NCBI GenBank assembly: GCA_044229975.1
Contig: JBGARZ010000003.1
Coordinates: 480,001 to 544,000, forward strand
Reading direction: 5' to 3'
Length of the DNA: 64,000 bases
Source of the DNA: Polyangiales bacterium
GTDB taxonomy: Bacteria > Myxococcota_A > Polyangia > Polyangiales > Ga0077539
How positions within the stretch are numbered: position 1 is the stretch's first letter; each line of letters begins with the position of its first letter. The notes under the pieces were generated by a model. That model was not told the origin of the DNA and searched no databases. It saw nothing but the letters and a program-made list of their open reading frames with translations. A program made the position numbers and the translations under genes. This document shows positions 28,991-38,485 of this stretch, piece after piece.

Positions 28991-29521
28991 TTACTCCTTC
29001 TTCAAAAAGCGCGCGAGCGGCGCCAGCCTCGGATCAATGGTGTCATGTGCCGACTGCGGGGTCGGCATCGCGATGAGCGTCGGGCAGACCTCATGACGAG
29101 GGTGCAGCGGCGCCTCCAACAGGATCGCCTCGCGCAGCCAGTGCGCCAGGTCGATGCGGTCTTCGGTGTAGACGTCGACGTCGAGCTCGTCGCGCGTGAG
29201 CTCGACCTCCTCGTGCGGGCCGCGGCCGGGCTTCGCCGTCGCGGCGGGCTCGAGGTGCAGCGTGATGTCGGCGCGCAGATCGATGGTGACGGGGTCGAGG
29301 CACGCCACGCAGGTGGCCTGCACCGGCGCCTCGAAGCGGCCGCTCACGTAGACGTTGCGCTCGCTCAGGTCGAGGCGCAGCGAGGCGTGACCCACGCCGC
29401 CCGGCGTCGTGCTCAACTCCGCGGTGCCCAGCACCTCATCGAGCCACGCCGTGTCGAGGACGAGCTCCAGCGGGAGCCCCTCTTCGGGGATGCGATCGAT
29501 GTAGATGACGGGGGGTGCCAT
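28991..29521 (-). CDS. yceD: DUF177/YceD family protein
   Basis: CVACL, IDLAHWLREAILLEAP, IDPRLAPL; upstream of rpmF. Confidence 0.88.
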   Translation of the reverse strand: MAPPVIYIDRIPEEGLPLELVLDTAWLDEVLGTAELSTTPGGVGHASLRLDLSERNVYVSGRFEAPVQATCVACLDPVTIDLRADITLHLEPAATAKPGRGPHEEVELTRDELDVDVYTEDRIDLAHWLREAILLEAPLHPRHEVCPTLIAMPTPQSAHDTIDPRLAPLARFLKKE

Positions 29522-29570
29522 GGGCGTGCGACCAGCGATTTCCCAGGGGTGGGGATCGGCAGGGCGCGCG

Positions 29571-29600
29571 AACCTAGAGAATGACCCTCGCATGTGTCAA
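29571..29600 (-). promoter_or_regulatory. Sigma70-type promoter for yceD-rpmF
   Basis: Minus strand TTGACA (29600-29595), 18-nt spacer, TAGGTT (29576-29571). Confidence 0.55.
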
Positions 29601-29647
29601 GCGACGCCGGGCGAGTATGGTGGACTCCCGCACGAAGGACGGAACCC

Positions 29648-30457
29648 ATGCCGAGACTCCTTGGATACTTCGCCAGCCAGATCGACCGCGTGCGCTGCGT
29701 GCTCGCCGCCGAGCCCGGAGCGCGCCTCGACCCCGACACCCGCGAGGGCTTCGGCGTCGGCAGCCACCAGGGCCGCGAGGTGCTGCTGCGCCGATCACCC
29801 ACCGGCACCGCGCAGCCGCTCGACCTCGCCTCCGTCGTGGGCGACCTCCGCACCGGGTCGCTCATCGCCCACGTCCGACGGGCGCGCGTCGGCGGGCGCA
29901 CCCCGGACAACACCCAGCCCTTTCGCCTGCGACAGTGGCTCTTCGCGGCCCTCGGCACGCTGCCCCTCGGCGCCGACGGGCGCGCCGCGCTGCTCGCCGA
30001 GATGCCGGGCTTCCTCGCCACGAGCCTGCGCGGTGAGACCGACAGCGAGCTGCTCTTCCATCACCTCCTCGGCGCGCTCTTCCGCGCGGGGCTGCTCGAT
30101 GATCCGTCGCCCGATCGCACCGCGATTCGCGACACCCTCACCGCCAGCCTGCGCGCCCTCGACGCGACGCTCGGCGCCACGGCGCCGCTCGCCATCGTCC
30201 TCAGCGACGGCGAAGGCGCCGTCGGGTACGCGCGCGAGACGCCCATGCGATGGATTCGTCGGCACGGCATCCAGCGCTGCGCGGTGTGCAGCCGCCGTGA
30301 CCTTCCCGTCGACCACGACACGCTCCGCTACACGCTGCTCACCGACGGCGAACCCGAAGGGTCGTGGAAGCCGTGGGGCGGCGAGGACGGCGGCTCGTTT
30401 GTCGTCGTCGATCGCAACCTGGAGGTGCGTGAGGCGCGGTGGTCCGACCTGCCCTGA
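29648..30457 (+). CDS. Class II glutamine amidotransferase-like (EgtC/YafJ-like) protein, catalytically degenerate
   Basis: GFGVG, IAHVRRA, NTQPF, GETDSE; begins MPRL instead of MCRL. Confidence 0.82.
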   Translation: MPRLLGYFASQIDRVRCVLAAEPGARLDPDTREGFGVGSHQGREVLLRRSPTGTAQPLDLASVVGDLRTGSLIAHVRRARVGGRTPDNTQPFRLRQWLFAALGTLPLGADGRAALLAEMPGFLATSLRGETDSELLFHHLLGALFRAGLLDDPSPDRTAIRDTLTASLRALDATLGATAPLAIVLSDGEGAVGYARETPMRWIRRHGIQRCAVCSRRDLPVDHDTLRYTLLTDGEPEGSWKPWGGEDGGSFVVVDRNLEVREARWSDLP

Positions 30458-31032
30458 CCTTCGCGCTGTGGACGCTCGCGGGGTGCGCCTCGGCCCCGCT
30501 GCCCGCGGCCCAACGCGTCGAGCCGGGTCGTGACCTCGCGCCCTCTGCGCGCAGCGACGAGACGCACGTCCTCGACGATCACCGCGAGGCCGTGCTCGCC
30601 CTGACCGCGCGGTATCGCGAGGCGCTGCTCGCGCGAGACGTCGTCCGCCTGCGGGCGCTGCTCGCCCCCTCGCTCGGCGGGATGCAGCGGTCCGATCTGG
30701 TGATGAGCCGCGAGGCGTGGCTGGCCCTCGGGGACGAACTCTTCACTGCCGCGAGCGCGGCGCGGGAGACGCTCGCGGCCGCCCCGACGCTGGCGCCGTC
30801 CGGAGCTTGCGCGGGGCAGTGCCCGGTGATGCTCGGCCCCGGCGAGTGGCTGGTCGCGTGGGCGGACGTTCCGCGCGTGCGGCGGCTCGGGCTCGCTCGC
30901 GGCGTGACGCAGGTGCTGCCGATGGCGTTGCGGGTGGCGGTGGTGGAAGGCGTGGCGACGGTGGTCGGGATGGACGACGCCGTGGTGGGGAGCCACGGGC
31001 CGGTGCGCCCTACCGGTTGGCCCCGACCGTAG
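30439..31032 (+). CDS. Hypothetical lipoprotein
   Basis: LAGC lipobox; overlaps the upstream stop. Confidence 0.6.
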   Translation: MVRPALTFALWTLAGCASAPLPAAQRVEPGRDLAPSARSDETHVLDDHREAVLALTARYREALLARDVVRLRALLAPSLGGMQRSDLVMSREAWLALGDELFTAASAARETLAAAPTLAPSGACAGQCPVMLGPGEWLVAWADVPRVRRLGLARGVTQVLPMALRVAVVEGVATVVGMDDAVVGSHGPVRPTGWPRP

Positions 31033-31888
31033 GCGCCGAGAGCTGGAAGAGGTAGTTGCGCGCCTCGTTGGCGACGGTGCCGTAGGGGAAGCGGCGGAGG
31101 AGCGTTCGGAGGGTAGTGCGCGCGTCACCGAAGAGCTGGAGGTCGACCTGGCACTGCGACATCTTGAGGAGCGCGTCATCGGCGGCCTCGCGGTCGTTGC
31201 CGTCGGCGACGGCCTGGAGCATCACGATGGCCTCGCGCTGACGACCGAGGTGGCGCAGGGCGTCGGCCTGGGCGATGCGAACGAAGGGGATGTGCCCGGC
31301 GTCGTCCTTCAGGCGCAGCGCTTCCTCGTAGGACTCACCGGCCTCGGCGTAGCGGGCCATGCGGGCGTGTTCGAGGCCGCGCTGGTAGGCGATGACCGAG
31401 AGGTTGGTGCGAAAGCGGTCGACCACGTCCTGGAACATCGCCAGCTCCACGGCCGTGAGCCGCTCGCGCCGGAGCTGCTCCCACGACTCGACGACCTCCT
31501 GCTGACGGCCGTCGCGCACGAGGTCGTAGAAGGCCTGGGCGCGGGCGTCGAGGGCGGCGCGCTCGTCCTTCTCGCGCACGGCGACGGCCAGCTCGCGGCG
31601 GCTCTGCTCGTCGGTTCGGCGCAGGGCGCGCAGCTCGGCGTCGCGCTCACGCAGCGAGGCGTCGAGCCAGAGCTTGATGCCCGCGAAGATCACCACCACG
31701 AAGAGCACGTACGCGGTGGCGCTGTTGACGGTGATGCGCCGCTCGTAGCCGGCCTGGCGGCGGGCGATGCTCTTCACGTCGGCCGAGAGGGCGCTCGTGA
31801 GGTTGCTCGACTTGATGATCAAGCCGCGGCTCTCGATAATCTCGCGCTTGATCTCCCGAAACTCCTCCTCGACGTCCCGGCTCGACAT
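31010..31888 (-). CDS. Membrane-anchored coiled-coil/TPR protein (CpoB-like C-terminus)
   Basis: TM, coiled coil, TPRs ending ADDALLKMSQCQ...LLRRFP. Confidence 0.75.
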   Translation of the reverse strand: MSSRDVEEEFREIKREIIESRGLIIKSSNLTSALSADVKSIARRQAGYERRITVNSATAYVLFVVVIFAGIKLWLDASLRERDAELRALRRTDEQSRRELAVAVREKDERAALDARAQAFYDLVRDGRQQEVVESWEQLRRERLTAVELAMFQDVVDRFRTNLSVIAYQRGLEHARMARYAEAGESYEEALRLKDDAGHIPFVRIAQADALRHLGRQREAIVMLQAVADGNDREAADDALLKMSQCQVDLQLFGDARTTLRTLLRRFPYGTVANEARNYLFQLSAPTVGANR

Positions 31889-32004
31889 GGCCCCACCGCC
31901 TTAGTCCAGCGGACTCCGGGCTGGCAAGCGTTCGGCCGGACTCCCCTGCTTGCCCGATGGGGCGCACTCTGGTAATCGCCGCGGCCGAAGGGATCACGCG
32001 TTCC

Positions 32005-32580
32005 ATGGGACAAGTCATCGACATCAACGAAGTCCGCCGCGGCAACAAACTCGACATCGACGGCGAGCCGTACCAGGTCGTCAGCGCGGACTTCCGCAAG
32101 CCCGGCAAGGGGACGCCGTCGACCTCGATCAAGATGAAGTCGATGATCACGGGCAACGTGCTGGAGCGCACGTACAAGTCCGGCGAGAAGCTGACGGGCG
32201 CCGACATCGAAGAGCGCGAGATGCAGTACCTCTACGCCGAGGGCGACCAGCTCGTGTTCATGGACAACTCGACCTACGAGCAGACCCACGTCGACGCGAA
32301 GCACTTCGAGGAGCGCGGCTTCCTCCTCGACAACGCCATCTGCCAGGTGCTGCTCTACAACGGCGCGCCCATCGGCGTGACGCTCCCCACCTGGGTCGAG
32401 ATGGAGGTCGTCGAGACCGAGCCGGGCTTCAAGGGCGACACTGCCAACAACGTGCTCAAGCCCGCCAAGTGCACCACCGGCGTCGTCGTGCAGGTGCCCA
32501 TCTTCATCAACCAGGGCGACTGGATTCGCATCGACACCCGCACCGGCGAGTACTCCGAGCGCGTCGCCAAGACCCGCTGA
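32005..32580 (+). CDS. efp: Elongation factor P
   Basis: KPGKG, TEPGFKGDTA, VPIFI...IDTRTGEYSER. Confidence 0.97.
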   Translation: MGQVIDINEVRRGNKLDIDGEPYQVVSADFRKPGKGTPSTSIKMKSMITGNVLERTYKSGEKLTGADIEEREMQYLYAEGDQLVFMDNSTYEQTHVDAKHFEERGFLLDNAICQVLLYNGAPIGVTLPTWVEMEVVETEPGFKGDTANNVLKPAKCTTGVVVQVPIFINQGDWIRIDTRTGEYSERVAKTR

Positions 32581-32623
32581 TCGCCCCTCTCCTCCTCCAC
32601 CCCTTAGACCCGCAGGTGAGCTG

Positions 32624-33913
32624 ATGCCCGTCGAGTGGTTCGACGCGGACCCGGAGGGTCACTGGCTCCTCTGCGGGCGCGTCATCGATCGCCCCTTCCC
32701 CGAGACGGTGCTCCTCGCCGAAGGGGCCCATCGCATCCAGGTCAACGGCGCCTGCACCGTCGACCTCGAACCCGGTGACCTCGTGCGCGTCCGCGCCACC
32801 GTCGACCACAACCCCGCGCAGCTCGTGGTGCCGCCCGACCGGGCGTTTCCCGTCTACGAGGCGTTTGAAGCGCAGAGCCTGCACCGCCCCACGCGCTCGC
32901 CCTTCGCGCGCGGCAGCGAGACGTGGCGCCAGACCCAGGACGGCCTGCGCGCCCGCCTCGCCCTGCGCCACCACGCCAGCGACCGGGTGCGCGCCTACTT
33001 CCGCGCGCAGCGCTTCATGGAGGTCGAGACGCCCGCCATCGTGACGTGCCCCGGCCTCGACGTGCACCTCTCGGCCTTTGGCGTCCTCGGCCACATGCAG
33101 GCGACGCCCTCCGGGCTGCCGACGCCGTACGGCTTCCTGCACACCTCGCCGGAGCTGCACATGAAGCGGCTGCTGGTAGGCGGCCTCGGGCACTGCTTCC
33201 AGCTCGCGCGCTGCTTCCGCGCTGGCGAGGTGGGCCGACGGCACCAGCCGGAGTTCACCATGGTCGAGTGGTACCGCGCGTGGGCGGGCCTCGACGACGT
33301 GCTCGCGGACACCGAGCACCTCGTGCGCGCCGTCGCCGAAGTGGGCCCCTCCCCCGGCGTCATCCGCGTCGGTGATCGAACCGTCGACGTCGAGTCGGAG
33401 TTTGATCAGATGACGGTGCGCGAAGCCTTCGCGCGGTGGGCCTCGGACGTCGCCGATCCGGTGGCGCTCGCGACCGACGACGAGGCCGAGTACTTCCGTC
33501 GCCTCTCCGACGACATCGAGCCCCGCCTCGGCGCCGAACGCCCGGTCTTCCTCACGCACTTCCCCTCGGTGCACGCCTCGCTCGCGCGCCGCTGCGACGA
33601 TGACCCGAGCGTCTGCCTGCGCGCAGAGCTCTACGTCGCCGGCGTCGAGCTGTGCAACGCCTTCGACGAGCTCACCGACCCGACCGAGCAGCGCGACCGC
33701 TTCGACGAAGCACAGCGACGTCGCGGCGAGCTCGGGTTGCCGGTGTACCCCGTGGACGAGGACTTCCTCCGCGCCCTCGACGAGGGCATGCCGCCCGCGG
33801 CGGGCAACGCGCTTGGCTTCGACCGGCTCGTCGCGCTCGTCGGGGGCTGCGACTCCATCAACGACGTGATGGCCTTTCCGCACCCGCGGCACGGCTCCAT
33901 CCCGCCGCGGTAG
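32624..33913 (+). CDS. epmA: EF-P lysine aminoacylase (GenX/PoxA) with N-terminal extension
   Basis: FMEVETP, LHTSPELHMKRLL, HQPEFTMVEWY, ELCNAFDEL, GMPPAAGNALGFDRL; directly after efp. Confidence 0.92.
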   Translation: MPVEWFDADPEGHWLLCGRVIDRPFPETVLLAEGAHRIQVNGACTVDLEPGDLVRVRATVDHNPAQLVVPPDRAFPVYEAFEAQSLHRPTRSPFARGSETWRQTQDGLRARLALRHHASDRVRAYFRAQRFMEVETPAIVTCPGLDVHLSAFGVLGHMQATPSGLPTPYGFLHTSPELHMKRLLVGGLGHCFQLARCFRAGEVGRRHQPEFTMVEWYRAWAGLDDVLADTEHLVRAVAEVGPSPGVIRVGDRTVDVESEFDQMTVREAFARWASDVADPVALATDDEAEYFRRLSDDIEPRLGAERPVFLTHFPSVHASLARRCDDDPSVCLRAELYVAGVELCNAFDELTDPTEQRDRFDEAQRRRGELGLPVYPVDEDFLRALDEGMPPAAGNALGFDRLVALVGGCDSINDVMAFPHPRHGSIPPR

Positions 33914-33982
33914 CGCTGTCGCGGCGCAGTCGTGCGAGTGAGGGTGGCTGCGCGGGGCGTCGGGTTGTATCAAAGAAGAGAA

Positions 33983-34735
33983 GTGCACCGGCGCCTGCCC
34001 ATCGTTGTCCTGCTCGCGGTGGGTCTGGTCGGATGTCTTCCCACGCCCGATCGCCCGCCCGGCGATCGCCTGGACTCGGGGGCCTCCCTCAACTTCGATG
34101 TGGCCGTCATGGACGTGCCGCCGATGGACGTTCCGGCCATCGACCGGCCGGTGGTGGTCGACGTCGGGCGCGACGTGGGCGCGAGGGACGTCCAACCCCG
34201 CGGTGACGGACCCGACCCTACCCGGCGCTACCCCGGCGGCCCCTACGGTCTGGCTCCGCCGGCGATCATGCAGCCGTTTCAGGTCAACGACTGCGGCGGC
34301 ACCCTCTACCGCTTCGACGGCTCGGACTGGATCCCGGCGTGGGGGACGGTGGTGCAGCTCACCAACGGCTACTGCGCAGGCTGCGACGACAACGCGCGCT
34401 TGCTCCAGCGCAGCGTCGTCCGCCCCTACCAGCAGGAGGGGATTCGGTTCGTGACGGTGCTCGTCGATGGAGAGACGCCCGGCGAACCCGCCGACATGAA
34501 CTTCTGCCGCTCCTGGGCGGCGTCCATGGGCATCGTCGGCGCGGGCGCTCCGCCCCACGCGATGGCGATCGACTTCGGCGGGATGCTGCGGCTGCACAGC
34601 CAGCCTCCGTTGACGCTCCCACAGTGGATCCTGACGGACGAAAACGGGCGCATCCTCTGGCGCGGCGCTGGTTCGGAGCAGTCGGCCACCATGCTCGTCG
34701 GCCAGATCCGCGACCTGCTGGGCCTCGGTCCGTGA
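33983..34735 (+). CDS. Thioredoxin/redoxin-like lipoprotein
   Basis: LVGC lipobox, Asp/Pro/Val linker, YPGGPYG, YCAGC, LP-W-LTDENG. Confidence 0.7.
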   Translation: MHRRLPIVVLLAVGLVGCLPTPDRPPGDRLDSGASLNFDVAVMDVPPMDVPAIDRPVVVDVGRDVGARDVQPRGDGPDPTRRYPGGPYGLAPPAIMQPFQVNDCGGTLYRFDGSDWIPAWGTVVQLTNGYCAGCDDNARLLQRSVVRPYQQEGIRFVTVLVDGETPGEPADMNFCRSWAASMGIVGAGAPPHAMAIDFGGMLRLHSQPPLTLPQWILTDENGRILWRGAGSEQSATMLVGQIRDLLGLGP

Positions 34736-35202
34736 CGGTGCTCTCGCGGCGACGGTGGATCGGCACCGTGGGCGTCGCATCGCTTGCGGCGACGGGGGTC
34801 GGCTGCGGCGGCGATGTGGCCGTGACGCTCGTCGACGTGGGGACGGTCGAGCAGTGGCGGGCGACGCACTGGCGGCTCTTCGAAGGGCCGCGGGTCATCA
34901 TGGCGCGCGACGACCGCGGGCTCTTCGCGATGTCGGCGGTGTGCCCGCACCAGGGCTGCACGGTGAGCCCGGTCGAGGGCGCGGTGTGCCTCCCGCCGCA
35001 GGACGGGGCGACCTCCACCACGCCGACGCTCTGCTGCGCCTGCCACGGCTCCAGCTTCGACGGCGACGGCCTCGCGATCAACGGCCCGGCGGCGCCGGCG
35101 AGGCTCCAGCACTGGCGGGTAGAAGTGACCAACGGGCGGGTCGTGGCGCGCGTCAACGACCCGGTCGCGTCGAACACCCGCGTGTCGGGCGACGGTCCGT
35201 GA
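34732..35202 (+). CDS. Small Rieske [2Fe-2S] protein
   Basis: SRRR Tat-like N-terminus; CPHQGC and CACHGSSF. Confidence 0.9.
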   Translation: MTVLSRRRWIGTVGVASLAATGVGCGGDVAVTLVDVGTVEQWRATHWRLFEGPRVIMARDDRGLFAMSAVCPHQGCTVSPVEGAVCLPPQDGATSTTPTLCCACHGSSFDGDGLAINGPAAPARLQHWRVEVTNGRVVARVNDPVASNTRVSGDGP

Positions 35203-35230
35203 GAGGCTCAACGGCCGTGCGAGGAGCGTG

Positions 35231-36601
35231 ATGGCGAAGGAGCCGGAGGAGAAGGTTCCGGGTCGGCTGGTGCGGACCCTGAAGGCGGGGTGGATGGGCG
35301 GCGCCGTCGCGTCGAGCTACCTGGGCGGCAAGATCGCCGACAAGCTGCGCGGCAGCGAGTCGCGCGCCGACGCGGAGCTCGGGCGACACCTCCAGAACGC
35401 GAAGCGCATCGCGGCGACCATGAAGGAGCTGCGCGGCCCGCTGATGAAGGTGGGGCAGCTCCTGTCGACGCACGCCGAGGCGCTGCCGGGGGAGTACGGC
35501 GAGGTGCTGCGCTCGCTGCAAAGCTCGGCGCCGCCGATGTCCTACGAGACCATCCGCGACGTCATCGAGATGGACCTCGGCGCGTCGCCGGAGGAGTTGT
35601 TCGCGGAGTTCTCGAAGACCTCGCTCGCGGCCGCGTCGCTGGGGCAGGTGCACCGCGCGACGTTGAAGGACGGCGCGAAGGTCGCGGTGAAGGTGCAGTA
35701 CCCGGGCGCGGAGGCTTCGGTCGACGGCGACCTGAAGAACCTCAAGCTGGGCGCCGCGATGGTGAAGCGGCTGCTGGCTGATACGGTCAACAACGACCGC
35801 CTCGACTTCACGCCGGTGGCCGAGGAGATCGCCGAGCACCTCGCGCAGGAGACCGACTACTGCCGCGAGGCGTACAACGCGCAGCTCCTGGGCAAGCTCT
35901 TCGAGGGCCAGGACTGGGTGGTCATCCCCAAGGTGCACACCCGCTACTCGGGGCTGCGAACCATCACCTACGACTACCTCGACGGCGTCGACCTCGGGAC
36001 CGCGCTCGCCAACCCCGATCAGGCGTACCGCGAGGCCGTGGTGACGAAGCTCTCGGACGCGTATTGGTTCCAGATGTTGCGCGGGGGCGTGCTGCACGCG
36101 GATCCGCACCCGGGCAACTACCGGGTGCTGCCCGACGGGCGGCTCGGCATCCTCGACTTCGGGTGCGTGAAGATCTTCGACGACGCCTTCCTCAAGGGCT
36201 TTACCGCGATGGTGAAGGCCCGCATGACCAACGACGACGAGGGCTTGAAGGACGCGATGGTCGCGCTGGAGCTGGTCTCCGACCGCGGCAACGCGGGCGA
36301 GCTGGCGGACATGGAGCGCATCGCGTCGTACTTCTCCGCGGGGCTGACGAAGGACGAGCCCTTCGACTTCTCGGAGTACAGCTACGTGCGCGGCGCCAAG
36401 GAGCTGGTGACCTACTTCCTCCAGCAGCGGCGCGTGCCGCCGTCGCAGCGCAACATGATCTTCATGACGCGGGTGGTGCTCGGGTACTACGAGTACTTCT
36501 CCCGCGCGCGGGCGAAGCTCAACTTCCGCCAGATGGTCTGGCGTTGGATCAAGGACGACTGGACCGGGCGGGCGATTGCGATCCCGCCCTACGGAGAGTG
36601 A
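35231..36601 (+). CDS. ABC1/AarF/UbiB family atypical kinase
   Basis: MKVGQLLS, AAASLGQVH, VAVKVQYPG, HADPHPGNY, LDFG. Confidence 0.93.
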   Translation: MAKEPEEKVPGRLVRTLKAGWMGGAVASSYLGGKIADKLRGSESRADAELGRHLQNAKRIAATMKELRGPLMKVGQLLSTHAEALPGEYGEVLRSLQSSAPPMSYETIRDVIEMDLGASPEELFAEFSKTSLAAASLGQVHRATLKDGAKVAVKVQYPGAEASVDGDLKNLKLGAAMVKRLLADTVNNDRLDFTPVAEEIAEHLAQETDYCREAYNAQLLGKLFEGQDWVVIPKVHTRYSGLRTITYDYLDGVDLGTALANPDQAYREAVVTKLSDAYWFQMLRGGVLHADPHPGNYRVLPDGRLGILDFGCVKIFDDAFLKGFTAMVKARMTNDDEGLKDAMVALELVSDRGNAGELADMERIASYFSAGLTKDEPFDFSEYSYVRGAKELVTYFLQQRRVPPSQRNMIFMTRVVLGYYEYFSRARAKLNFRQMVWRWIKDDWTGRAIAIPPYGE

Positions 36602-36608
36602 TCGGCCG

Positions 36609-37415
36609 ATGGGACGAACCATCGTCGTGGGTGACATCCACGGCTGCGCGTTGGAGTTCGACGACCTGCTCCGCCACGTGGGCTTCGCCCAGGGGGTAGA
36701 TCGCGTGGTGCTGGTGGGCGACCTCGTCGCGCGGGGGCCCGACTCCGCCGCGGTGGTGGAGCTCGCGCGCTCGTGCGGGGCGCTCGCCGTGCGCGGCAAC
36801 CACGACGAGAAGGTGCTGAGCTGGTGGCGCCACGAGCAGGAGCACGGCAAGCGCAGCGCCGATCGGAAGGTGAAGCTCTCCGAGCGGCACCGCGCGGTGG
36901 CCCAGGCGCTCACCGAGCGGCAGTTCGGGTTTCTCGCGGCGCTGCCGTTGATGATCGCGCTGCCCGAGCACGAGCTGCTGGTGGTTCATGCGGGCATCGA
37001 CCCGTCGAAGTCGCCGGTGGCGTGCGACGAGGAGACGCTGCTCACGGTGCGCTCGGTCGACGACGAGGGCCGCGCGAGCCGCAAGCTCGTGGGCACGCCG
37101 TGGGCGCAGTGCTGGAAGGGGCCGACGCAGATCGTCTTCGGCCACGACGCGCGGCGCAACCTCCAGCTCGAAGCGTTTGCGACGGGGCTCGACACGGGGT
37201 GCTGCTACGGGCGGCAGCTCTCGGCGATGGTGCTCGACGCGGGCGAGCCGGTGCCGCGCGACACCAAGGAGCGGGCGAAGCGGATCACCAACGTGACGGC
37301 GCGCCAGGGGTCGAGCCGGTCGCGCAGCCAGTCGCCGGTGAGGTTGAAGCCCAGCACCGTCAGCGTGATGGCGACGCCCGCGGTCACCGCGAGCCGCGGC
37401 GCCTGGAGCAGGTGA
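36609..37415 (+). CDS. Metallophosphoesterase (ApaH/PPP-like); last ~35 aa derived from duplicated DNA
   Basis: GDIHGC, GDLVARG, RGNHD, VHAG, FGH, LDTGC. Confidence 0.9.
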   Translation: MGRTIVVGDIHGCALEFDDLLRHVGFAQGVDRVVLVGDLVARGPDSAAVVELARSCGALAVRGNHDEKVLSWWRHEQEHGKRSADRKVKLSERHRAVAQALTERQFGFLAALPLMIALPEHELLVVHAGIDPSKSPVACDEETLLTVRSVDDEGRASRKLVGTPWAQCWKGPTQIVFGHDARRNLQLEAFATGLDTGCCYGRQLSAMVLDAGEPVPRDTKERAKRITNVTARQGSSRSRSQSPVRLKPSTVSVMATPAVTASRGAWSR

Positions 37416-37548
37416 GCCGTTCCTTGATCGAGCAGCGCGCCCCACGATGCAGACGCACCCGGGCCCAGTCCGAGAAACGACAGCGACGCCTCGGCGAGCA
37501 CCACCGCGCCGAGGCCGAAGATCGCCTGCACCACCAGCGGGCCCGACG
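37308..37548 (-). repeat. 241-bp direct repeat copy 1: displaced duplicate of the oppC 3' end
   Basis: Matches 38496-38736 at offset 1188; four mismatches seen. Confidence 0.92.
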
Positions 37549-37694
37549 ACGCAACGAGCGGCGGCGCAACGCGGGCACGATCGCGGGCCGCGAGGAGCGC
37601 CAGCGCGAAGAGCCGAAGGTACGTGGCTCGGACGGTACTCTGGTCGGAGCGGTGGGCGCTGGCTGCGCCGCTGCGAACCGACTAAAAAACACTC

Positions 37695-38330
37695 ATGCGC
37701 AAGCATTCCGTCGCCAACGGCCTCCGCGATGAACTGCTCCTCCAAGACCTCCGCAGGACGTCGGAGGAGCGCGTAGCGGACGCACTCGCGCTTGGGGCGC
37801 GAGACGTAGCTGCATACGCGAGCGCCAATGGAGTGAGCCGCCGGAAGGCCACCGAGGTGTTCCACGCGATGCGCGCCATGGGCCGCAAGCCGTCGGGATG
37901 TGCGGGTCCCCCTCTGGTGACGGCGAGCGCCCTCTCGATTGCGGTCTCGACCGCGCGCGCCGCCAGCGTGGACATCATCGTGATCGGCGCCGCAGCGATG
38001 GCGGTCGGCGGCATAGTGCGATCGACCACGGATCTTGACCTCCTCGCGATGGAGGAGCGGCTGCTTTGGCCGAAAACGTGGGACGCCGCCCGACGACTTC
38101 ATGTGGGAATCGACGTTCGTTGTGGCGACGAGATGGATCCGCTACGCGGCGTGGTGCGGATCGGCCCGCACGCCCGATTGCCCGTCGATGTAGTCGTGGG
38201 TAGAGGCCAGTGGATGCGCGACATCATTGCGCGAACGATCGCGCCCGATGGGCTCCGGGGCGTGTTCTCCGGCATCGAGCTTCCCGTGGCGAAGCTCTCG
38301 GACATCATCCTCCGCGCGACTGCCGCGAGC
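37695..38330 (+). pseudogene. Decayed small-protein + nucleotidyltransferase (toxin-antitoxin-like) cassette, fused in frame and truncated
   Basis: VIGAAAMAVGGIVRSTTDLDLL NTase motif, DPLRGVVRI, VDVVVG; codon usage less GC3-biased; ORF runs on into antisense oppC. Confidence 0.6.
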
Positions 38331-38485
38331 GCTGGACTCGAATCGGACCGCGCTGGTCCGCACGGGCAGCAAACAGTCGCGGGACCTGATCGACGGGTCG
38401 GTAACTGGAGCGAGTCCGTGTCAGCGACGGTCTCCGCGCGCTGCCCGGTTGGTCTCCCTGTGCGCTATGCGCCCTTCGCGCCTCC

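Noticed and set aside
32507..34780. 757-aa minus-strand ORF
   Set aside because: Antisense shadow of epmA and the redoxin gene.
37205..37534. 109-aa minus-strand ORF as an independent permease
   Set aside because: Only the duplicated oppC tail, reading on into antisense phosphatase sequence.
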